Assembly: GCF_002075285.3 (NCBI RefSeq)
Contig: NZ_CP021983.2
Location: 990,001 to 1,022,000, forward strand
Reading direction: 5' to 3'
Source of the DNA: Halomicronema hongdechloris C2206
Lineage (GTDB): Bacteria; Cyanobacteriota; Cyanobacteriia; Phormidesmidales; Phormidesmidaceae
DNA length: 32,000 bases
Shown here: positions 23,864-30,687 of the stretch, piece by piece
How positions within the stretch are numbered: position 1 is the stretch's first letter
How the letters are laid out: every line of letters starts with the position of its first letter
The notes under the pieces: model-generated
Databases searched by the model: none
Told to the model about the DNA's origin: nothing
The model's input: the letters and a program-made list of their open reading frames with translations, nothing else
Translations under genes and position numbers: made by a program

Positions 23864-26686
23864 ATGACTGACGTTTTCATTTCTTATTCCCGTCGGGACA
23901 AAGCCTTTGTGCAGGTGCTGAATCAGGCCCTGGTCGAGAGCAAATACGATGCCTGGATAGATTGGGAAGATATTCCCCTGACGGCGGACTGGTGGGAAGA
24001 GATCAAAGCCGGCATTGAGGCAGCCGACACCTTTATTTTTGTCATCAGCCCCGACTCCATCGCCTCCAAGGTCTGCAGGCAGGAGATCGACCATGCCGTG
24101 GCCAACAACAAGCGGCTGATGCCCATCGTGCGGCGGGAAGGCTTTGATATGGCCCTGGTGCATCCAGCCCTGGGCAAGGCCAACTGGCTATTTTTCAAGG
24201 AAGAGGACGATTTTAACGTTGCCTTTCAGTCCCTGGTGAGCGCTCTGGATACGGATCTGACCCATGTGAAAGAACACACCCGTATCTTGGTGAAAGCCCT
24301 GGAATGGGAGAAAAAGCGACGGCGGGAAGATCTGCTGCTGCGTGGGCAGGAACTAGAAGAGGTGATCCAGTGGCTGACGCAAAATGCCGAGAAAGAGCCT
24401 CGCTCTACTCAACTGCAACGGGACTATATCAATGCCAGTCGGTTGCAGGCAGCGGCCCAACAGCAGGCAAAACTTGCCCATGAGGCTATGGTGCGTCGGC
24501 GGATTACGCGGGCGCTCGTGGCCGCCGTCGGGGGCTTAGTGGTTGCAGTAGGCCTCGGTCTGACGGCGTTCCAGCAATATCGACGGGCCGAAGCTCAGCG
24601 GCAGGAGGCGATCCTCGGTGAAATTCAGGCCCAGGTGACGTCGGCCGATGCCTTGCTGGATACTCAGCAGCCTCTGGATGCCCTGCTGGAAACTCTGAGC
24701 GCCGCTGGTAATCTCCAATTGCTGCAGCAGCTTGACCCGCTCCTGGCTGCCAAACTCAAGGCGGTGCTGCATCGGGCTATTTTTAGCCTGCGAGAACGCA
24801 ACCGTCTGGTGGGTCACCGCAACTACTGGGCGACGGCGGTGAGTTTCCATCCGGATGGGGAGCGGCTTGTCTCCAGTGGAATGGATGGCACGGTGCAACT
24901 GTGGAGTCTCGAGGGAGAGCGGTTGCAGACGTTTTCCGGCCACCAAGCCGGTGTCTATGACTTGAGTATCAGCCCTGACGGCCAGTCCTTGGCCTCCGCC
25001 AGCTATGACGGCACCGTGAAGCTCTGGCGTCTGGATGGTCAGCTGCTGCACACCTGGGACGGGCATCAGCAACGGGTCACCAGTGTGCGATTTAGTCCTG
25101 ATGGTAACCGGTTAGCCACAACCAGCGACGATCGCACCATTCAGCTGATCGATCTAGACAGTCGACAAGTCCAGAGCCTTGAGGGCCATGGCAGAGGCGT
25201 TCATGCCATTGACTGGAGCCCGGACGGTAACCAGCTGGTCTCGATTGATTACTCGGGGTATATCAGGCTTTGGGGCAAAGACGGCAGGGAGATGGCTGTG
25301 GCCTCGACGCCGGTGGACAGTAACACCTTTCTGCCCCGGGTAGGATTCAGCCGGGATGGCCAGCGTATCTTGGCCACGGGAGGTGCGAATGCCAAGGTGT
25401 CGCTATGGGATTTGGCCCTAACCCGGCAATCGCAGGACTTTGCAGGAAAAGGCTATCTGGTGTCCAGCTTTGCTGTCAGCCCGGATGGCCAGGTAGTTGC
25501 GATCGCAGGTGAAGCCAACAGCCTCACCGGCGGCTCCAGCATTGTGCTGCAGGATCCAGCCGGGAATCCCTTAGGGGAACTGCGGGGCCATGTCTCCCGC
25601 ATCAACGACGTGAGCTTTAGTCCGGATGGCAGCCTGTTGGCCTCGGCTGCCTTCGACGGCACCGTCAGGCTGTGGGATCTGACGCCAGATACCCCGCATC
25701 GCTTGATCGGCCATGAGGGCGGCGTCAATAGCATCGTCTACTCCCCGGATGGCCACTACTTAGCCTCCACCGGCGAGGATGGCACCGCCCGGGTGTGGAC
25801 CCCTGATGGCGAGGAATGGCAGCGGTTTGCCGCCTCGGAGCACGGCCCAGTCAGTGAGGTGAGCTTCGGCTCAGACAGCCGCTGGCTGGTCCTGGGTTAC
25901 GACGATGGCACCGTGACGCTGAATGATCTGACCACGGACATGACTCGCGAGCTGGCGCTACATCAGGACGCTGTGCGTAGCCTGGACGTCAGCCCCGGTC
26001 ATAATCTGTTGGCCTCCTCCAGCGCCGACGGCACCGTTAAGGTGACTAATCTGGACGGGGAGGCGATGGCTACCTATGAGCAACCCCAGGCAGATATTTA
26101 TCGAGTCCGGTTTAGCCCCGACGGCGAGAGGGTCGCCTTCACCTACAACACCGAGGCAGCCAGCCATGTGTTGCTGTGGCAGTGGCACACGAATGACACC
26201 CAGTCGTTCCAGGTGGGGGGCTTTGGCGGCGGCAGTTTCAGAATTACCGACATGGCCTTCAGCCCCGACGGCAAGACATTGGGAACCACCAACTGGGAAG
26301 GGATCGTCCATCTCTGGGACGTTCAGACCGGAGAGCAGATCTCTTTCTTCGCCGGCGACGATGGCCCCGTCAGGACGCTTAGTTTTTCCCCGGATGGCAC
26401 CCTGCTGGCCGCCTCTAGTGGAGGTTTCGTGCGTCTCTGGACCCTCACCGGAGAGCAAGTCCAGCGATTCTATGACACCCAACGGGTTCACGATATGACG
26501 TTTAGCCCCGATGGCCACACCCTGGCTGCAGCCAATGCCGACGGTACGATCACGCTGTTTAACCTGAACTTAGAGGCGCTGACTGCCCAGGGCTGTAGCC
26601 TGCTGGCTACCTATCTGCAAAGCCATAGGGCTGTTGCTGAAACCCTGACGATTTGCCAAGGTTATAGCGCTGGCCAGTCAGCTTAG
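23864..26686 (+). CDS. TIR domain / single TM helix / 14 WD40-repeat protein (paralog C)
   Basis: The TIR head is the same as in paralog B (about 135 of the first 160 aa identical by hand alignment). The hydrophobic segment ITRALVAAVGGLVVAVGLGLTAF (about 24503-24571) is preceded by RRR. It carries 14 WD40 units and has no Walker A motif. Confidence 0.9.
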   Translation: MTDVFISYSRRDKAFVQVLNQALVESKYDAWIDWEDIPLTADWWEEIKAGIEAADTFIFVISPDSIASKVCRQEIDHAVANNKRLMPIVRREGFDMALVHPALGKANWLFFKEEDDFNVAFQSLVSALDTDLTHVKEHTRILVKALEWEKKRRREDLLLRGQELEEVIQWLTQNAEKEPRSTQLQRDYINASRLQAAAQQQAKLAHEAMVRRRITRALVAAVGGLVVAVGLGLTAFQQYRRAEAQRQEAILGEIQAQVTSADALLDTQQPLDALLETLSAAGNLQLLQQLDPLLAAKLKAVLHRAIFSLRERNRLVGHRNYWATAVSFHPDGERLVSSGMDGTVQLWSLEGERLQTFSGHQAGVYDLSISPDGQSLASASYDGTVKLWRLDGQLLHTWDGHQQRVTSVRFSPDGNRLATTSDDRTIQLIDLDSRQVQSLEGHGRGVHAIDWSPDGNQLVSIDYSGYIRLWGKDGREMAVASTPVDSNTFLPRVGFSRDGQRILATGGANAKVSLWDLALTRQSQDFAGKGYLVSSFAVSPDGQVVAIAGEANSLTGGSSIVLQDPAGNPLGELRGHVSRINDVSFSPDGSLLASAAFDGTVRLWDLTPDTPHRLIGHEGGVNSIVYSPDGHYLASTGEDGTARVWTPDGEEWQRFAASEHGPVSEVSFGSDSRWLVLGYDDGTVTLNDLTTDMTRELALHQDAVRSLDVSPGHNLLASSSADGTVKVTNLDGEAMATYEQPQADIYRVRFSPDGERVAFTYNTEAASHVLLWQWHTNDTQSFQVGGFGGGSFRITDMAFSPDGKTLGTTNWEGIVHLWDVQTGEQISFFAGDDGPVRTLSFSPDGTLLAASSGGFVRLWTLTGEQVQRFYDTQRVHDMTFSPDGHTLAAANADGTITLFNLNLEALTAQGCSLLATYLQSHRAVAETLTICQGYSAGQSA

Positions 26687-26702
26687 GACATGGTTGATCG
26701 TC

Positions 26703-26768
26703 CAATAGCCCAGTCTAGGGGGGCTGACTGGCTCGCCACCGCACAGAGCATTGTGGCGGTGGTATAGC
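26703..26768. repeat. Dispersed repeat of about 65 bp, copy 2
   Basis: See 12519-12585. Here it lies just 3' of the TIR-WD40 paralog C stop codon. Confidence 0.7.
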
Positions 26769-26882
26769 CTGAACTGGCCTGCAGCGATGGGTCATTCCGG
26801 GCAAAGACAGCGTCATACGGTTTCGGGTTCGGCGAGCCACCCATGATGGATTGATAGCCTTTGTCCTATCCATCAACCGGGC

Positions 26883-27722
26883 CTAAAGCGGCCGCCAGTC
26901 TCCTGCCAGGATGAAGGCGGCCCAGTAGTAGGGCCGACTATACCGCCCACCTTCACGAATCATCTCTAACTGCACTGCTCGCAGGGCTTCGCTACGGCCC
27001 ATACCCGCCATCAGCTTTTCGTAGTACCGCGCCATCAAGCTCTGGGTACCAAAATCACTTACCTGCCAGAGACTCATGAGCTGAGACTCGGCCCCGGCGA
27101 TGGCAAAGGCCCGCCGCAGACCATAGACCCCTTCGCCATTGGCGATGTCTCCCAAGCCGGTATCGCAGGCGGAGAGCACCACCAGCTGAGTGCCAAACAG
27201 GTTGAGGTTGGCGGCTTCCAAGGCGGTGAAGACCCCGTCTTCGTCACCGCTGCGGCGGGTGTTGAATCCGGCCAGGGCCAGGCCCGAGCGCAGCAGGGGA
27301 TTTTCCACCGGGGCCGTTAAGCGGGGCAGCGCCCGCAACCCATCAGCCGCGGCCAGGCTCAGGCCACGTCTCTCCTCGGCCACCGAAATAGGGTGATCTT
27401 CCAAGAAGAAGCCGTGGGTGGCGATGTGGAGAATGCGCGGCGCCTGCACCTGTTTCAAGGCATTTTCGGTGGCGGTGTCTTCCATCAGGACGGTGGCGTT
27501 GGGGAGCAGGGATTGGATGGCTTTGGCTTCGGCGGCAGTGCCGGGTAACGGTTCGACCTGAAGTTGGCTGAGATCGGTGGAGCGGCGGTTCGTCTCGACT
27601 CCGCTCGACGACCGCTCGCCCCGGCTCTCTAGCTCCTCCGGAGCAGAGTCGTTGGCGAAGCTACTCAGGGAGCTTCCAGTTACCGAGTCGAGCCCCGAGC
27701 GGAGTCGAGGGGCGGCTTGCTC
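26883..27722 (-). pseudogene. N-terminally truncated CHAT-domain gene remnant
   Basis: The C-terminal half of a CHAT domain has an intact dyad (ILHIATHGFF ... VVLSACDTGLG ... YYWAAFILAGDW). The frame stays open upstream of the first Met (27485) through EPLPGTAAEAKAIQSLLPNATVL, up to a TAA at 27723-27725. There is no N-terminal CHAT half, no TPR region and no plausible start. Confidence 0.7.
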
Positions 27723-27850
27723 TTAACTTATTCAGCCTAAGGTTGAGGAAAGTGACCTTGAGGCATTGCAGGGGCTTCACCACTGTGGAGTCAGGACAGC
27801 CCCTGGACCATGCGGGAATGACGGATACGAGGTCTTCGTAGGCCGATGTC
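27723..27850. repeat. Inverted partial copy of the GTCATTCC...CTGAATAAGT MITE-like family
   Basis: The reverse complement reads ...ccgtcattcccgcatggtccagg...cctcaaccttaggctgaataagtta. Compare 7050-7160: ccgtcattccgggcaagg...ctatcaacctgaataagtcc. Confidence 0.35.
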
Positions 27851-28110
27851 AGCAACACCTCTACATCAATCAAAAACCGCCCGCAGTAGGAGGCCACGGG
27901 CGATTGAGTCAAGAGAGATCACACAAACTAGGAGTACCTTACGCAGCGGGGCGGCGGGGGCGCTTGCGCTCAGACTTTTTCTTGAAGCCGATGGCTTGGG
28001 CTTCGTCACTGTCGGAGCCAAACTGTCCGCGCACGCCTTCCTTCATGGCCAGGAGCAGACGGATTTGCTGCCAACACAACCGCATCGGGAATGCCTTTTG
28101 AGGAGAGGGG

Positions 28111-28151
28111 TTGACATTATACAGACCTGTCTACATAATCAATTTAGACAG
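28111..28151 (+). promoter_or_regulatory. Sigma70-type promoter with an overlapping inverted repeat, upstream of the SDR gene
   Basis: TTGACA (28111-28116), a 17-nt spacer, then CATAAT (28134-28139). The inverted repeat CTGTCTA-N11-TAGACAG (28127-28151) spans the -10 box. The RBS AGGAG is at 28173-28177. Confidence 0.45.
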
Positions 28152-28184
28152 ACTGTTCTACCTACTCACCGCAGGAGATTTCCC

Positions 28185-28928
28185 ATGTCGTTTGATATTC
28201 ACGGCAAAGTCGCCCTCGTGACCGGTGCCAACCGAGGCATCGGCAAGGCCACCGTAGAGTCGCTCATCCAGCATGGCGTGACCAAGGTGTATGCCGCTGT
28301 TCGCAATCTCGACTCGGCCACTTCCCTGGTAGAAGCCTACGGCGACAGACTGGTGGCTTTGAAACTTGATCTGAATCAGCCTGATACCATCATCCAAGCC
28401 GCTCAGACGGCACCAGACGTGCAGTTAGTTGTGAACAATGCTGGCATCCTGCGCAACGCTAATCCCTTAGCAGACGACGCCATCGCAGCCCTGCAATCCG
28501 AGATCGAGATCAATGTTTTTGGGTTAATGCGCATGGCCCAGGCCTTTGCTCCCGTGTTAAAGGCCAATGGTGGTGGAGCCTTTGTCCAACTCAACTCGGT
28601 GGCCTCCATGAAGAGCTTTGCGGACTTTGCCACCTATTCGGCTTCAAAAGCGGCAGCCTACTCTATTACCCAAGCTCTGCGAGACGTGCTGGCATCCCAG
28701 GGCACTGCCGTCCTCAGCGTCCACCCTGGCCCTATTGCCACTGAAATGGCCCAGGATGCTGGATTGGCTGAGATCGCTGAATCCCCCTCTCTGGTCAGCG
28801 AAGGGATTGTTGCCGCCCTCAACGACGGTAAATTGCATCTCTTTCCCGACACCATGGCCAAGCAAATCGGGGAGGCCTATCAGCCCTTCGCCATCAATAT
28901 CGTCGAAGCCGATTTGATGGCAGGATAG
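28185..28928 (+). CDS. Short-chain dehydrogenase/reductase (SDR) family oxidoreductase
   Basis: [10 protein letters not shown] (TGxxxGxG), NNAG, and the catalytic YSASKAA (YxxxK). The ORF is open from 27846, but the upstream 113 codons are not SDR-like. The ATG at 28185 has an AGGAG RBS. Confidence 0.9.
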   Translation: MSFDIHGKVALVTGANRGIGKATVESLIQHGVTKVYAAVRNLDSATSLVEAYGDRLVALKLDLNQPDTIIQAAQTAPDVQLVVNNAGILRNANPLADDAIAALQSEIEINVFGLMRMAQAFAPVLKANGGGAFVQLNSVASMKSFADFATYSASKAAAYSITQALRDVLASQGTAVLSVHPGPIATEMAQDAGLAEIAESPSLVSEGIVAALNDGKLHLFPDTMAKQIGEAYQPFAINIVEADLMAG

Positions 28929-29032
28929 TCGTCTATTTCCTGACAGGGCAAGTGCCTAGGCATTGCCTACCTCCTCTGATCGATGAGCTCGATGGGCTAT
29001 CCACCGGTTGTGATCCCACCAGACGATTTGCA

Positions 29033-29092
29033 TTGACAGCGCAATAGCTTACCCCTAGTATTTAGGAGTCCTAATTTTAGGACTCCTAAATA
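29033..29092 (+). promoter_or_regulatory. Sigma70-type promoter overlapped by a perfect 34-bp palindrome, a candidate operator or 5' hairpin
   Basis: TTGACA (29033-29038), a 17-nt spacer, then TAGTAT (29056-29061). The palindrome TATTTAGGAGTCCTAA-tt-TTAGGACTCCTAAATA (29059-29092) ends 8 nt before the GAGAGG RBS region. Confidence 0.45.
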
Positions 29093-29109
29093 AATGAGAG
29101 GTGTTTTCC

Positions 29110-29850
29110 ATGCGTTTTATTCTGAGTGTGCTCTGTATGTGTACGCTAATCAGTGCAGTGGCTGCTCCGGAGGTGGCTCATGCCCAGGCAGTCGAGGCGA
29201 TCCCTAGCACCGAGGATCTGCAACTCCGCTCTACCCAGGTTCGCTATCTGGAACGCTTAGATTTATTGGTGTTTGAGCAGCAGGTCGATGGCTCGATCGG
29301 AGCGACCTTGCCGCAACCCGTGGGGCAGCTAGATGGAGCGCCGGTGCTCGCCTATGTGTTTCCCACCACCTTATCCCCTGAAGATGTTGGCTTTAGTGCC
29401 ACTGACGGTACCGTGGCCTTAGCGGTGACCTCCCATCCAGATTTTGATGACACCCCTTTGTGGGATGAAAATAGCGATCGCAACTATGACAACGACGGCA
29501 GGACTTGGCATACTCACTGGGTCGTGCTGGTGCCCGACGAGCGGGTTCCTGGCGGCCTCAAGGTGAAAGAATATGTCCCAGAAACCGACAGTGTGGTGCT
29601 GCCTCCCACCAACCCTGGCATGCCCATGTTTCTAGATTCCCCCGGGTTTTCAGTCGTCACCCAGGAGGACTGGCTACGAGTCATGATCCCTGCCCAGCGC
29701 GTCAGTCACAACACGGATTTCACCTTCGATGGGGTCACTGCCTACATGGAAGTCAATACTAGCGATGACAGTCGTCCGCTGCTGGGGGTTTATGCTGTGT
29801 ATAGCATTGCTTCAGGAGATTTGAGTCTGCCCTTTGCGGTAGACAAGTGA
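29110..29850 (+). CDS. Hypothetical secreted protein
   Basis: The signal peptide is MRFILSVLCMCTLISAVAAPEVAHAQA. There are no recognisable motifs beyond the His/Trp cluster TWHTHWVV. A GTG at 29101 is also possible as the start. Confidence 0.7.
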   Translation: MRFILSVLCMCTLISAVAAPEVAHAQAVEAIPSTEDLQLRSTQVRYLERLDLLVFEQQVDGSIGATLPQPVGQLDGAPVLAYVFPTTLSPEDVGFSATDGTVALAVTSHPDFDDTPLWDENSDRNYDNDGRTWHTHWVVLVPDERVPGGLKVKEYVPETDSVVLPPTNPGMPMFLDSPGFSVVTQEDWLRVMIPAQRVSHNTDFTFDGVTAYMEVNTSDDSRPLLGVYAVYSIASGDLSLPFAVDK

Positions 29851-29952
29851 GAGATCGCCTGAGTCAAGAAGCGATGGGTTAGGTCCAGATCTCGAGGTGA
29901 ACTTGGTTTAGGATCAAGCCACAACTGACTGCATATTTATCCAGCGAATTCC

Positions 29953-30582
29953 TTGAGCCCAGCTTCCGTCGACTCAGCCAACAACGCCCTAGCGCAAAAA
30001 GTGATGGTGGGGCTAACCAAAATTGGCCTCGCCATTAAAAGCCAGAATTGGCAAGCAGCTGATGCCTTGGGGCTATCGCCCACCCAAGGGCATATTTTGG
30101 CCTTGTTGCAGCATCCCCACGGCAGCGGCACTATGCGGTTGGGAGATATTGCCCAGGCTTTAGCGATCACGCCAGCCACCGCCAGTGATGCTGTCCGCGT
30201 CTTAGTGGATAAGGGGCTGGTGCAAAAGAAACGGGCCGCCGATGATCGGCGAGCGATTGCCATTGGGCTTACCTCTGCTGGCCAGCAACAGGCCGCCGTT
30301 ATTGCTGACTGGTCAGACTTTTTGCTCACCGCGGTCAACCAACTCTCAGCAGAGGAACAAGCCATCTTTCTGCAGGGATTAATTAAGATTATTGGGAATC
30401 TGCAGCAGCAGGGAAAAATTTCTGTGGCCCGCATGTGCATTACCTGTCAACACTTTCGGCCCAATGCCCATACCGATGCCCGCCATCCCCACCATTGCAC
30501 CTTTATCGATGCCCCCATTGGTGGCAATCAGCTCCAAATCGACTGCCCCGATTATCTAGCAACACCATCGACATCAACATAA
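29953..30582 (+). CDS. MarR-family winged-helix regulator with a C-terminal Cys/His-rich extension
   Basis: LGLSPTQGHILALLQ...MRLGDIAQALAITPATASDAVRVLVDKGLVQKKRAADDRRAIAIGLTSAG is a MarR wHTH. The tail is CITCQHF...HPHHCTF...IDCPDY. The TTG start is uncertain. Confidence 0.8.
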   Translation: MSPASVDSANNALAQKVMVGLTKIGLAIKSQNWQAADALGLSPTQGHILALLQHPHGSGTMRLGDIAQALAITPATASDAVRVLVDKGLVQKKRAADDRRAIAIGLTSAGQQQAAVIADWSDFLLTAVNQLSAEEQAIFLQGLIKIIGNLQQQGKISVARMCITCQHFRPNAHTDARHPHHCTFIDAPIGGNQLQIDCPDYLATPSTST

Positions 30583-30687
30583 TCGGGGATGACAATGCCT
30601 CTAGTATTGTAGGGAGCCGTAACCGCGATCAAATTGCCTGGTTGCAGGGGAGCTGGAAACCGCATAGGAGAGGTTGGGCACCCTTGT

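Noticed and set aside
19761-26518. Many antisense or alternative-frame ORFs inside the two TIR-WD40 genes, for example 24536-25072, 25958-26518, 26076-26498, 21877-22218 and 19761-20096
   Set aside because: They all overlap long ORFs with clear TIR and WD40 periodicity, and none has recognisable motifs or an RBS. They are shadow ORFs.
27939-28085. A small 48-aa minus-strand ORF ([48 protein letters not shown])
   Set aside because: I could see no RBS and could recognise no family. It may be a gene fragment, and the evidence is too weak to call a CDS.
27846-28184. An N-terminal extension of 113 codons on the SDR ORF
   Set aside because: It is not SDR-like and is Arg-rich. The region contains a consensus promoter and an RBS for the ATG at 28185, so it is upstream non-coding DNA read through by chance.
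29937-30440. A 167-aa minus-strand ORF opposite the MarR-like gene
   Set aside because: The plus-strand frame has a clear MarR winged-helix signature. The antisense product is Cys/Ala/Ser-rich with no motif.
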